Source: Candidatus Aenigmatarchaeota archaeon | GTDB lineage: Archaea > Aenigmatarchaeota > Aenigmatarchaeia > GW2011-AR5 | NCBI GenBank assembly: GCA_016198685.1 | Contig: JACQID010000004.1 | Coordinates: 273,874-337,873 of the forward strand | Direction of reading: 5' to 3' | DNA: 64,000 nt | In this document: in pieces, positions 28,057-38,259 of the stretch | How positions within the stretch are numbered: the first letter of the stretch is position 1 | Layout: each line of letters opens with the position of its first letter | Program-made: the position numbers and the translations under genes | The notes under the pieces: model-generated | What the model was told of the DNA's origin: nothing | Databases searched by the model: none | Seen by the model: the letters and a program-made list of their open reading frames with translations, nothing else

Positions 28057-28119
28057 ATAACAATACCTATAATTTACATCATACAGCAAACTTTAATGCT
28101 CTTTGCAGCAATTAAAACA

Positions 28120-28614
28120 ATGGAAAGACTTTGGGCTCCATGGAGGCTTGAATATCTCAGAAGAGCCTTCAAAAAACAGAAATGCATTTTCTGCTATCTC
28201 GCTAAAGAAAAAAAGGACGAAAAGAACCATATTCTCTACAGGGCCGAGAAAGTCTTTGTAATGCTGAACAAGTATCCTTACTCGCCGGGACATCTGATGG
28301 TATCACCCTATCGCCACGTCGACCGTATTGCGCGCATGACCGAAGAAGAACGGCACGAAATGACGGATGTTGCGGCAAAATTCTCCGTCATGCTTGAAAC
28401 GGCGCTAAAAGCCGAGGGATTTAACATGGGCATCAATCAGGGCAGGCTTGCAGGCGCCGGATTTGACAAGCATGTTCATATGCACGTCGTACCTCGCTGG
28501 AAGCATGACGTCAATTTCATGGTCCCGGTTGCCGGAACAAAAGTGATACCAGAAACATTGGAACAGACTTATGCAAAAATAAAGGCAGCTATGAATCAGG
28601 CTTCTCTCAAATAA
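28120..28614 (+). CDS. HIT-family nucleotide hydrolase/phosphorylase
   Basis: LWAPWR, CIFC, LNKYPYSPGHLM, HVHMHVVPRW. Confidence 0.93.
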   Translation: MERLWAPWRLEYLRRAFKKQKCIFCYLAKEKKDEKNHILYRAEKVFVMLNKYPYSPGHLMVSPYRHVDRIARMTEEERHEMTDVAAKFSVMLETALKAEGFNMGINQGRLAGAGFDKHVHMHVVPRWKHDVNFMVPVAGTKVIPETLEQTYAKIKAAMNQASLK

Positions 28615-29888
28615 CCCCAGTTATGCAATTTGTCGCTGTCTTCGAACCAGCGGTCGCCTATGTCTTTTCTGTAATACATATTGGGGATCATTATGTTCTC
28701 TATCCTGTTGTATGCTTGTGCTTGTGCTTGTTTCATTGTCTGGCCAAGGCCGACAACTATCAAAGCAACGCCCTTTATGCTTGTGACAAGCCATTCGTCA
28801 TTCAGCTTCCTGATGTCCTCTATGTGTATGCCTGCAAAATCCGGCTTCTTGAACATGATGACCGCATCCTTCGAATACGTCTCAAAGAGCCTCTTATCTT
28901 TGTACGGATAAGGCGGAACTACTATTCTAACGCCGACCTGAAAGCCGCTTCTCGTCTTGAACTTGGACAACGTTCCTTCTGCCATGCCATGCAGGAATTC
29001 TCCCATCGGCGTAAGCATGCCTTCCTGCTGTATACTTATCGTTGGATATCCGAAACGTGACGTGAATTCAAGCGGATAAATTCCATTGTTGTTAACTATG
29101 CAGTTTATGTCTATGTATCCGACGTATTTCTCTCGCCTGAGTAAAGGTTCCATCTTTTTCAGCGTTGCCGAAAATATCCTGTTTGGCTCGCTCCAGAAGC
29201 AGCTTGTTCCCATCTCGCCGGTAGATGGCCCTATGTTGCCCGGGAATAGTTTCTTGTGCTCAAAGTTGACATTTATAGGCTGCATGAACTCATAACCGTT
29301 GAAGAACGCTCCTACCGCAACTTCAACGCCGTTTATTTTTCTCTGCAGCTGGAATTCCTTTATCCTGTTGGACCATGTAGCCTTATAGTCCTCAAGCATG
29401 TGAAGTATGTCCTTGCCATCCTCTTCCTCCCCGACAAAGAGCAATTGTTTCACGTTCTGCGCCTCCCCGCTGGGTTTTATGACATATTTATTAGGATTTT
29501 TCTTGACATATTGTATGGCGTCATCAAAAGAAGTAAAATTCTCCTGCGGTATGATCGCAACGCCGGCCTTCTTGAGTTCCATTTGGCCAAAGCCGCGATC
29601 GTCCTCAAGCTTATCTGTGTACGGTGTTCCGCCAACAACGAGCTTGCCCTGCTGCCGTAGCTTCTGCGCTTTCTCGCCTTGGCCAAGAACATCATCAAAA
29701 ACTATGACATCGGCCCATTCTATCTCCTTTTCCCAGTCATCTGTCTTGGGGACAAAGCCGTCAGCAACTGCCTTCTCATCCTTACTATCAATGAAATACT
29801 TGACGTTGTGGCCCTCTTTCATGACCTGCCAAGCTACATCGCTTATAAGACCTTCCAGAGAAACAAACAGGAAATTTTTGGGTATCAT
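28596..29888 (-). CDS. PurD-like ATP-grasp ligase (divergent)
   Basis: YVIKPSG, EHKKLFPGNIGPSTGEMG, LEFTSRFGYP; lacks the GSGGREH motif of canonical PurD. Confidence 0.8.
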   Translation of the reverse strand: MIPKNFLFVSLEGLISDVAWQVMKEGHNVKYFIDSKDEKAVADGFVPKTDDWEKEIEWADVIVFDDVLGQGEKAQKLRQQGKLVVGGTPYTDKLEDDRGFGQMELKKAGVAIIPQENFTSFDDAIQYVKKNPNKYVIKPSGEAQNVKQLLFVGEEEDGKDILHMLEDYKATWSNRIKEFQLQRKINGVEVAVGAFFNGYEFMQPINVNFEHKKLFPGNIGPSTGEMGTSCFWSEPNRIFSATLKKMEPLLRREKYVGYIDINCIVNNNGIYPLEFTSRFGYPTISIQQEGMLTPMGEFLHGMAEGTLSKFKTRSGFQVGVRIVVPPYPYKDKRLFETYSKDAVIMFKKPDFAGIHIEDIRKLNDEWLVTSIKGVALIVVGLGQTMKQAQAQAYNRIENIMIPNMYYRKDIGDRWFEDSDKLHNWGYLREA

Positions 29889-29927
29889 GTAAGGTATCTT
29901 GCCTCATTTAATTAGTAGTAAAATAAT

Positions 29928-30461
29928 TTATACTTTTCTCTTCGCAAAGACCATGATTTCCGAAACCGTTTGTTCCGGAGTTTTGTCTGAAGTGTCAATG
30001 ACAATATCTGCCTCTTTTTCCTGGGAAAACGTGTCAAAGCCATACAAGCTCTTAAATGTCTTCCTCTCAAGATCGTCCTTCTCTTTCACCGTTCTCGCGG
30101 CCGATTCAATGCTTACACCGTCTCTTTTAGCGTATCTTTCGGCTCTTTTTTCAACTCTCGCCTTAAGCCATATCTTAACGTCGGCTATTGTATTAAGGAA
30201 ATGAATAGCCAGCTTGCCATCTATGGCAATATTGCCCTTTTTCGCGTTTTCGACCATCAGCTTGTCTATGGCATGATGGAAATCTTTTGATGAGCCTTTT
30301 TCGCTTCCAAAAAAGTCCACCGCTTCTTGAGTCTTGCCTTTGGAAAAGCTCTTGAAATATTCGCCGGCGGAAAAGAATCCAAGGCCGAGTTTCTTGGCAA
30401 GAAGCCTTCCTGTTGTCGTGGAACCGCATCCTGGCTGGCCTGAAATAGCTATAACGACCAT
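29928..30461 (-). CDS. cmk: Archaeal cytidylate kinase
   Basis: IAISGQPGCGSTT P-loop, IDGKLA, KIWLKA...RAERYAKRD, IVIDTS. Confidence 0.88.
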   Translation of the reverse strand: MVVIAISGQPGCGSTTTGRLLAKKLGLGFFSAGEYFKSFSKGKTQEAVDFFGSEKGSSKDFHHAIDKLMVENAKKGNIAIDGKLAIHFLNTIADVKIWLKARVEKRAERYAKRDGVSIESAARTVKEKDDLERKTFKSLYGFDTFSQEKEADIVIDTSDKTPEQTVSEIMVFAKRKV

Positions 30462-30498
30462 GTGATCATCATTGACAGAACAAATTAAATAGAAATAC

Positions 30499-32163
30499 TC
30501 AGCCGAATATCATTCTGATAATGGAGTTAATGTTGTCAATATATGAACGCGTCGGGAACTGTTCAGTTCCAGCCCTGACGCTCGGAGTAAGATTGACGCT
30601 TACAGTCACGTTCTTCGATGTTATGACCTCAACGATTCTTGTCTCGTTTTTATACCCCGTTTTCTGCAATCTCAGCGTATAATTCTTGCTCTCCAGGCTG
30701 ACATTCAGCGGACTGGTTCCGATATAAGTATCGTTGATATAAACAGAAGCCTTGTCAGGATTCGTCAAAACCATGAGCGAACCGTTGTTGGAAGTCGGTA
30801 CTATAAGAGACAAATATGCAGCCACGCTTGTTGTTTTGCCCGGAAGAACTTCTTCCCTGAATTGCCTTGCCAAATATCCAACTTTGCCTACGGACACTGT
30901 GTAATTGCCTATGACAAGGTCATTCACAACAAGCGGCGTTACCCCACGGTAGGCACGGTCGATAAGAACGAATCCTCCTGACGGGTTCGATGTTATTGTC
31001 ATGTTGCCTTTGTATGGCGGCAGAGGCTTAAGCGTGAGGTTCACTATTGCAGTTTTCCCGTCTGGTACTGTGACTGTCATGAATTCCGTGAGATATCCTG
31101 GTTTGTCGAGCATCAAAGAATGCATGCCTGGTGCAACCCGTGTGATGGTCAGAGGTGCGATGCTGTATTCGGAAACAGAGCCGTCAAGGTATACATAGAC
31201 TACTCGCGGCGATACGTCTATCGTAATATTACCATACGCCGATACAGATGGCATTGTTGTTGTCGTGGTCGTTATCGTAGTTGTCGTAATATTAGGAATC
31301 GTGGTTGTTGTGACATTCGATGGAATCGTGGTTGTTGTGGAGATTGTTGTGGTAGTAGTATTAGAACTATTCCCGGATGGCATTGTCGTTGTTGTAACAT
31401 CTGAGAATACTGCATATACGCGGGATAGCCTTCCCGAAACTACCACTACCTTTGGATAGAACTTTGGCTCATATCCTGCCAGTTCGAGCTTGACCGAATA
31501 ATTCCCCGCGGCATACGTGCCCTCGTAGGGCGTGACGCCGGAATATTTATCATTGATGTAAACATTTGCCCCAGAAGGCGTGGATATCGCAGATAAGTTG
31601 CCGAACTGGAGGGGCTTCAGGCCAACCTGCAAAGCTGTATGATGGGATCCTGTTATGTTGAACGCAACTTCGTGATTTTCATACCCATCTTTTGATATCT
31701 TTGCAACATAGCTGCCGGCGTTAAGCACAAGGTTCTTGAAATTGCTTATCCTGAAGGCAGAATCATATTTTCCTTGGGAATATACATTGACAATAGCTCC
31801 TGATGGGAACGTATATAGTGTCAGATTGCCCGTAGGCCCGGGAACAAGATTCACGCTGAGGAAAGATGTATTCCCGCCTTTTATCCCAACAACAGCATTA
31901 TAAGGAAGATATCCTATTTTTTCCAGCCTTATTGAATGCTGTCCTGCAGGAAGAGGCAGTTTTGTAGGAGTGCTCCATACTGTTAAAGGGTGCGCATCGG
32001 TAAACACATATGCTCCAGACGGCACGGAGACGATGGAAACATTGCCCATATCTGTTGCTGAGAAACCTATGCTACTTAACATTGCAATTAACGATATTAT
32101 GAAAAGACCGTTGATAATAACCGATTTTTGCCTGTTTAAATTATGCATTCTTGCAATATGCAC
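30499..32163 (-). CDS. PEGA-domain surface protein with Thr-rich linker
   Basis: Repeated SxPSGAxVYI...GxTP...GxY.V.L.K.GY units; TTTTIP low-complexity tract. Confidence 0.88.
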   Translation of the reverse strand: MHIARMHNLNRQKSVIINGLFIISLIAMLSSIGFSATDMGNVSIVSVPSGAYVFTDAHPLTVWSTPTKLPLPAGQHSIRLEKIGYLPYNAVVGIKGGNTSFLSVNLVPGPTGNLTLYTFPSGAIVNVYSQGKYDSAFRISNFKNLVLNAGSYVAKISKDGYENHEVAFNITGSHHTALQVGLKPLQFGNLSAISTPSGANVYINDKYSGVTPYEGTYAAGNYSVKLELAGYEPKFYPKVVVVSGRLSRVYAVFSDVTTTTMPSGNSSNTTTTTISTTTTIPSNVTTTTIPNITTTTITTTTTTMPSVSAYGNITIDVSPRVVYVYLDGSVSEYSIAPLTITRVAPGMHSLMLDKPGYLTEFMTVTVPDGKTAIVNLTLKPLPPYKGNMTITSNPSGGFVLIDRAYRGVTPLVVNDLVIGNYTVSVGKVGYLARQFREEVLPGKTTSVAAYLSLIVPTSNNGSLMVLTNPDKASVYINDTYIGTSPLNVSLESKNYTLRLQKTGYKNETRIVEVITSKNVTVSVNLTPSVRAGTEQFPTRSYIDNINSIIRMIFG

Positions 32164-32331
32164 GTTCTTCTATTTAAATTTATTTTTCGTGGTTTTTAGA
32201 TGTTCTTTGCGCATTTGACAACGCATTTATAAGTTTAATCCACAAAGTAGCTTCATGATATGCGGTTTCGCAGATCTCATTTTCAGGTAACTTTCCCGCA
32301 CATATTTAGCCGTGCGTTTCAATAATCAAAG

Positions 32332-34698
32332 ATGATAGCTATGGACAAGAATTACGATCCGAAAATCGCCGAAGAGAAGTGGCAGGAACAATGGAACAGG
32401 GAAGGCGTTTACCGCTTTGATCCCCAAAGCGCAAAGCCTCTATTTTCAATAGATACGCCGCCGCCTACGGTCTCAGGAAGCATGCATATAGGACATGCGT
32501 TTTCTTATTCGCAGATGGATTTCATAGCGCGATATCACCGCATGAAAGGCGAGAACGTCTTCATGCCTTTCGGAACCGATGACAACGGCCTTGCAACCGA
32601 AAGACTCATAGAAAAATTAAATAATGTCCGTTCAAAAAAAATGGACAGGGGCAAATTCATAGAACTTTGCCTTGCAACGCTTGAAAAAATAAGACCGGAC
32701 TTTGTTGCGGACTGGAAGAGAATGGGCATATCTGCGGACTGGACGATATTTTACTCTACAATAAACGATCATTGCCGAAAAATCTCCCAGCAATCTTTCA
32801 TAGAATTATATAATAAAGGGCTTGAATACAGGGTCAAGGCACCGTTCATGTGGTGCCCGCAGTGCCAGACTGCAATAGCGCAAGTGGAGCTTAAGGATGT
32901 GGAAAAAGAATCCAAATTAGTCTATATTAAACTTGATGTTGAAGGCAGCAATCAGATAAGCATAGCAACCACAAGACCGGAACTCTTCGGCTCGGCGGCT
33001 GCCATATATGTGAATCCCGAAGACAAGCGTTACACAAAACTTATAGGCAAGAAAGCCACTATACCGATTTACAACAGGAATATTCCCATAATGGCCAATG
33101 AAGAGGCAGATATGGAATACGGAACAGGAGCAGTCTACCAGTCTACGTTCGGCGACATGACTGATGCCGACTGGGCCAAGAAGTTCAGAACAGAGGTCAC
33201 AGAAATACTAAATCCGGACGGCACTCTCACTGCAGCAGCCGGCGCTTATGGAGGCATGAAGACCGGCGAAGCCAGGGCCAAAATAATAGAGGATTTGAAG
33301 CCATGGATAGAGAAGATAGTGCCGCTGAAGCACGCGGTGAATGTGCATGAAAGATGCGAGACGGACATAGAAATTCTTCCGACCTACCAGTGGTTCATCA
33401 AATATCCTTCAAAGGAAGTGATGCTTGCTGCAGGCGCTGCGCTTAAGTGGCATCCCGAGCACATGAAAAACAGATATGATAACTGGGTAAGAGGCTTGAA
33501 ATGGGATTGGTGCATTTCACGGCAAAGATACTTTGGCATACCGTTTCCTGTATGGTACTGCAAGGATTGCGGGGAAATAATACTTGCTGATATTAACAAG
33601 CTTCCGGTTGATCCGCTGGTTGATAGGCCTGGAAAGAAATGCAAATGCGGCTCTTTGGACGTTGAACCTGAAAAGGATGTCATGGATACATGGGCTACAT
33701 CATCATTGACGCCGCAAATAACCAGAGAACTCATGAAAGACACTCCCGCTTACAATAAATTCTTTCCGATGAGTCTTCGTCCTCAGGCACACGACATAAT
33801 ATCATTCTGGCTTTTCAATACCACCATAAAATCACTCCTCCATCAGGGAAAGCCCGCATGGCATAATGTCATGATATCCGGCTGGGCGCTTGATCCACAG
33901 GGCAGGAAGATGTCAAAAAGCAAGGGCAACACAATAATCCCGCAGGAAATGGCCAAGAAGTATTGCGCTGATGCCCTAAGGTTCTGGGCGGCATCATCGA
34001 ATCTTGGAGAGGATTTACCCTTCCAGGAAAAGGAACTCGTCACAGGCATGAAAACTATCACAAAACTATGGAACGCCGCCAAGTTTGTTGCATCATCTAC
34101 CGAAGGCGCCGTAGCCAAGCCTGATGCGCTGCACCCGGCAGATGCATGGCTTCTCACTAAGCTTTCTAAGGCAGTGAATGCTTCCACAGAAGCTTTTGAG
34201 AATTATGAATATTCAAAAGCCAAGATAGAAACCGATCTTTTCTTCTGGCGCGTTTTCACCGATTATTATATAGAAATTGTTAAGGATAGGATATATAATC
34301 CCGGCAATTACAGCAAGCAGGATGCGGATTCGGCTAAGTATACGCTAAGGACTGCCATGCTGGCTGTTCTCAAACTTTTTGCGCCGATTATGCCCCATAT
34401 CACCGAAGAAATATACCGCATTATATTCACAATGAAGGAAACCATCCATAAGTCCGGATGGCCGAAGATGGATTATAATTATGACAAAGAAGAAATCGAG
34501 GGCGATGAAATCGTAAAGGCAATTGATTATATAAGAAAATACAAGAGCGATAACAAGCTTGCCATGAACGCCCCGCTTAAGGAAGTCATAATCGGGCAGA
34601 AACTGTCTGCACCTATGGCCGATGCGCTCAAAGCGACCATGAAAATAGAAAAAATAACCTTCTTTGAAGGCAGAGATCCGACGGAAATAGTTCAGTGA
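32332..34698 (+). CDS. valS: Valyl-tRNA synthetase
   Basis: PPPTVSGSMHIGH, WDWCISRQR, KMSKSKGN. Confidence 0.96.
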   Translation: MIAMDKNYDPKIAEEKWQEQWNREGVYRFDPQSAKPLFSIDTPPPTVSGSMHIGHAFSYSQMDFIARYHRMKGENVFMPFGTDDNGLATERLIEKLNNVRSKKMDRGKFIELCLATLEKIRPDFVADWKRMGISADWTIFYSTINDHCRKISQQSFIELYNKGLEYRVKAPFMWCPQCQTAIAQVELKDVEKESKLVYIKLDVEGSNQISIATTRPELFGSAAAIYVNPEDKRYTKLIGKKATIPIYNRNIPIMANEEADMEYGTGAVYQSTFGDMTDADWAKKFRTEVTEILNPDGTLTAAAGAYGGMKTGEARAKIIEDLKPWIEKIVPLKHAVNVHERCETDIEILPTYQWFIKYPSKEVMLAAGAALKWHPEHMKNRYDNWVRGLKWDWCISRQRYFGIPFPVWYCKDCGEIILADINKLPVDPLVDRPGKKCKCGSLDVEPEKDVMDTWATSSLTPQITRELMKDTPAYNKFFPMSLRPQAHDIISFWLFNTTIKSLLHQGKPAWHNVMISGWALDPQGRKMSKSKGNTIIPQEMAKKYCADALRFWAASSNLGEDLPFQEKELVTGMKTITKLWNAAKFVASSTEGAVAKPDALHPADAWLLTKLSKAVNASTEAFENYEYSKAKIETDLFFWRVFTDYYIEIVKDRIYNPGNYSKQDADSAKYTLRTAMLAVLKLFAPIMPHITEEIYRIIFTMKETIHKSGWPKMDYNYDKEEIEGDEIVKAIDYIRKYKSDNKLAMNAPLKEVIIGQKLSAPMADALKATMKIEKITFFEGRDPTEIVQ

Positions 34699-35921
34699 TT
34701 GTTATGGCAGAAGATCATACAAAAAGTTCAGGCTACAAATTGAAAAAGATACTGAAATTTCTCGGCTCGATAAGAGGAAGGCACACCGAACTCGTGACGG
34801 TTTACGTGCCTGCCGGTTACAGCTTGCATGAAGTTTCGGCGCAATTAAGGCAGGAGCAAGGCACAGCGGAAAATATCAAATCCAAGGCCGTCAGGAAGAA
34901 CGTGACAACTGCTCTGGATAAAATAATACGTCATATGCAGCTCTATAAGGCGACTCCCGAGAACGGTCTTGCATTCTTTTCTGGTAACGTCTCTGAAAAA
35001 GAGGGAGTGAATGACATAGAACTATGGGCAATAGAGCCGCCTGAGCCAATCAGAACGAAGATGTACTGGTGTGACCAGACATTCATACTCGAGCCCCTGC
35101 AGGCGATGGTTCAAGAAAAGGAAGTTTACGGCCTTGTCGGCGTGGACAAGAGTGAAGCAGATATAGCAATATTGAAAGGCAAGAAGATAGAAGTGATAAG
35201 CCATTTCGATTCTATAGTGCCTGGAAAGACGAAAGCAGGCGGCCAGAGCAGCGCAAGGTTTGCCCGTGTCCGCGAGGGCATGCTGAATGACTGGCTCAAG
35301 GAGGTAGGCGATGCTGTCAATAGCACATTCCATGGGCACAAAGAAATGAAAGGAATACTTCTTGGAGGCCCGGGGCCGATAAAGGAAATGTTCCTGAAAG
35401 AGGATTACCTGCACATGGACATAAAGAAGCTCGTGCTCGGAACCGTGGACACGTCATATACAGGCGAGCACGGACTGCATGAAATATTGGAACGCGGACA
35501 GGACCTTATAAAAGAGGCGTCTGTAGTCAGGGAAAAGAATTTGCTCACTAAGTTTCTGGAGAATCTGCAGAAGCCGGAAGGCCTTGTTGCCTACGGTTTT
35601 CGTGAAGTGGACAAATATCTTAAGCTTGGAGCCGTTGACAGTGTTATAGTCGCAGAGACCCTGACGCTAAAGGAAATAAAATACGAATGCCGATGCGGGG
35701 AGAAGATTCGTTTTGTCAAAGAGGAGGAAAAAAACAGTCAGATATGCGAGGTCTGCAAGTTCCCGATGAAAATTCTTGGCGAAAAAGAGATAATTGAATA
35801 TTTCGAAGAGGAAGCAAAGAACTACGGAGCCAGGCTTGAAGTCATATCCGGCGAGACAAAGGAAGGCGCGCAATTCCAGGCATTGGGAGGCGTAGGAGCG
35901 TTCCTGAGATACAAAGTTTAA
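34695..35921 (+). CDS. prf1: Peptide chain release factor aRF1
   Basis: NIKS, YWCD, AGGQSSARF. Confidence 0.97.
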   Translation: MIVMAEDHTKSSGYKLKKILKFLGSIRGRHTELVTVYVPAGYSLHEVSAQLRQEQGTAENIKSKAVRKNVTTALDKIIRHMQLYKATPENGLAFFSGNVSEKEGVNDIELWAIEPPEPIRTKMYWCDQTFILEPLQAMVQEKEVYGLVGVDKSEADIAILKGKKIEVISHFDSIVPGKTKAGGQSSARFARVREGMLNDWLKEVGDAVNSTFHGHKEMKGILLGGPGPIKEMFLKEDYLHMDIKKLVLGTVDTSYTGEHGLHEILERGQDLIKEASVVREKNLLTKFLENLQKPEGLVAYGFREVDKYLKLGAVDSVIVAETLTLKEIKYECRCGEKIRFVKEEEKNSQICEVCKFPMKILGEKEIIEYFEEEAKNYGARLEVISGETKEGAQFQALGGVGAFLRYKV

Positions 35922-36004
35922 CGCTTATTGCATGGAACCAATGAATTTGTAGCTGAATACCGGTTTTCGAACTGGCATTTAAATGTTTTATCCAGATAGA
36001 GTTT

Positions 36005-36454
36005 TTGAGCAATATGAAATTAGGGCCCATGAGAAAAAAGAAGCAGACATATCCCTCCAACATGAAAAATCCTTGGAATACCGATTTAACGCCCTATGTG
36101 GGAACAGAAATCATTGTTTACCAGCATGCCATCATACCAGGCGATCATGGGCATGAGGAAAGGCATACAAGAGAACAAGGCTATTTACTACAGATATATC
36201 CGCATGATTCATCGTTCGACCTGGGGAGAGACTCTAACATGGGTTCTTCCAAACACAGAGTTCACAGAAATTGGGACGGGGGCGGCGTCAACATAACTAC
36301 CTACCGCATAACCACAGCCGACTTGCCGGAAAAAGAAGTATACGCTAGCGACCAGGATTTTAGCCGTCTAAATCTTATAGACAAGGCTTCTTTCAGGCAA
36401 AATGCGCAAACTACGATAAAAATCAGGAAAGGAATGATATCGCAGGAAGCCTGA
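36005..36454 (+). CDS. Hypothetical protein
   Basis: 149-aa ORF filling the gap between prf1 and tatD; no recognisable family. Confidence 0.55.
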   Translation: MSNMKLGPMRKKKQTYPSNMKNPWNTDLTPYVGTEIIVYQHAIIPGDHGHEERHTREQGYLLQIYPHDSSFDLGRDSNMGSSKHRVHRNWDGGGVNITTYRITTADLPEKEVYASDQDFSRLNLIDKASFRQNAQTTIKIRKGMISQEA

Positions 36455-37199
36455 AAAGTTTAGCTGCATTCTTTGCGCATATTCTGTTGACTTCTGCGAC
36501 ATCCATGCCTTTTACTTCCGCTATCTCGGCTGCAGGAATTCTTATGTTTGTTGGCTCGCCCAGAAGTTTGCCATCTTTGTCTTTTCCACCAAACCAGGGC
36601 GAATCCGTTTCAAGCATAAGATTTTCCATAGGAATATCACGGATAACTTTCTTGTGGCTTTTTGAACGTGCTGAGACAGGGCCTACAGAAACCAGCCATC
36701 CGCGATCTTTTATCGCGCTTGCGAATCTGTTCTCGCCCCACATATGGAGCTGCACGCGCTCTGCGTTATGTTTTTCAAGCATCTGTATTGCATTCGCATG
36801 CGCATCGCGCGTGTGAACTATGAGGACTTTATCTAATTCCTTGGCGAACTCTATGGATTTCGCAAAAAGCTCCTTCTGCTTCTCCTGCCAATAAGATTCC
36901 TTTATCCAGAAATAATCAAGCCCCTGTTCGCCCACGCCCACTATATCTTTTTCATGCTCCCGTATCCATGCAAATGCCTTGTCTATGTCGCTTTGCGCCA
37001 AATCCTTGACATATTCCGGATGAACGCCAGCGCCCATAAACACGAATCCCTTGTACTTGCGCGAAAGCTCAAGGCCTCTTTGGAAGTCCTTTGGGTGCGT
37101 GGAAGGGCTTATAACCGCTTTCATTCCTGCATCTTTGCATCTTGCTATGACATCATCAGCATTCTTCATGAGTTCAAGATGGCAATGCGAGTCTATCAT
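36423..37199 (-). CDS. tatD: TatD-family metal-dependent DNase
   Basis: IDSHCHL, GVHP, VGEQGLDY, VHTRDA, LETDSPW. Confidence 0.95.
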   Translation of the reverse strand: MIDSHCHLELMKNADDVIARCKDAGMKAVISPSTHPKDFQRGLELSRKYKGFVFMGAGVHPEYVKDLAQSDIDKAFAWIREHEKDIVGVGEQGLDYFWIKESYWQEKQKELFAKSIEFAKELDKVLIVHTRDAHANAIQMLEKHNAERVQLHMWGENRFASAIKDRGWLVSVGPVSARSKSHKKVIRDIPMENLMLETDSPWFGGKDKDGKLLGEPTNIRIPAAEIAEVKGMDVAEVNRICAKNAAKLFRLPAISFLS

Positions 37200-37270
37200 G
37201 CTATCACATACAAAGAGATATTTTAATGATGTTGCATTGCCCTTAAAATAACGTTAATACAGGAATAGAA

Positions 37271-37651
37271 TTATTTCGCCTTGACAAAAACAGCATTGAT
37301 TGCGCCGTCCTGGCCGGGTCGGCTTGTGATCTTTATGAGACCGATATCCGAATCAACTATGGCACCCTTGCTTAAGATGTTTCTTCTTGCGAACTGCATA
37401 TTAGCTGGATTATCTTTGACGGTAACCAGCTTGGCTTTGACACATTTGCCGTCCTTGATGACATTCGCATAATCTGATGAATATAGAACATCCTTGGAGT
37501 GGCCGCCACGAATACGTATCTGAACTGCCTTTGTTTTTCCAAGAGTAGCGGGATAGAAATCCCTTCCAGCATCCATCCTTCTCTTCTTGCCGTGGCTCTG
37601 GATGAGCTTACCGGAAGGTCCTCTCTTGGATCTGAGTCTCCATTGCGTCAT
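37271..37651 (-). CDS. rps8e: 30S ribosomal protein eS8
   Basis: RIRGG, NPANMQFARRNILSKGAI, TSRPGQDG. Confidence 0.97.
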   Translation of the reverse strand: MTQWRLRSKRGPSGKLIQSHGKKRRMDAGRDFYPATLGKTKAVQIRIRGGHSKDVLYSSDYANVIKDGKCVKAKLVTVKDNPANMQFARRNILSKGAIVDSDIGLIKITSRPGQDGAINAVFVKAK

Positions 37652-37735
37652 AATATCTTAAGTTCATAGCCAAATTATCTATTTAAACGTATCTGTAAAT
37701 ACAAGTCTTATTCCAAGTTTTGGAGGTTTTGAAAT

Positions 37736-37960
37736 ATGGAGAGACCAATAGACGTTCTAAACAACGCAAAGGGAAAAAGGGTGCTGATAAAACTCAAGAA
37801 TGGCACTGAAATCTCGGGCCAACTGCAGGCAATGGATCTGCATTTGAATATGTGGCTTGAGAGCGCGGACCAGACTTTTAACGACAAGACGACAAAGCTG
37901 GGAACCGTATTGGTTAGAGGAGATAACATACTCTACGTGTCGCCTGAAAAAAGCGAATGA
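37736..37960 (+). CDS. lsm: Sm-like archaeal protein (SmAP/Lsm)
   Basis: RPIDVL, VLIKLKNG..G.L...DLHLNMWL, VLVRGDNILYVSP. Confidence 0.96.
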   Translation: MERPIDVLNNAKGKRVLIKLKNGTEISGQLQAMDLHLNMWLESADQTFNDKTTKLGTVLVRGDNILYVSPEKSE

Positions 37961-37971
37961 AGTGAAGAAAG

Positions 37972-38205
37972 ATGGCAAAAGGAACACCCAGCTTTGGAAA
38001 GCACCAGACAATATCGCACATAAACTGCAAGAGATGCGGAAGGCACAGCTACCACATCAAGATGCAGAAGTGCTCGGCCTGCGGCTATCCAAGAGCAAAG
38101 ATACGACAGGAATCTTGGAGAAGAAAATTAACAAACAGAAGCGCGAGGAAGGCCGTCAAAGTTCTTCACATGAAACAAAAGACGACGCGCCGCGGAAGAC
38201 GATAA
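37972..38205 (+). CDS. rpl37e: 50S ribosomal protein eL37
   Basis: KGTPSFGK, CKRCGRHSYH...CSACGY; follows lsm as usual in archaea. Confidence 0.96.
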   Translation: MAKGTPSFGKHQTISHINCKRCGRHSYHIKMQKCSACGYPRAKIRQESWRRKLTNRSARKAVKVLHMKQKTTRRGRR

Positions 38206-38259
38206 CCATCCCGCGGTTCTAAGATAAGGTTTTATTTTTATCTTTGTAATTTCACGTAA

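Noticed and set aside
27994-28119. N-terminal 42 aa of the HIT ORF as called by the track
   Set aside because: Overlaps tRNA-Ala(CGC); the conserved family start is MERLWAPWR at 28120
31240-31400. Repetitive GTTGTT/TTTIP tract
   Set aside because: Thr-rich low-complexity linker of the PEGA protein; not a CRISPR array or non-coding repeat
32255-32290. 11-codon uORF (MICGFADLIFR) upstream of valS
   Set aside because: No Val enrichment or attenuator structure; expected by chance
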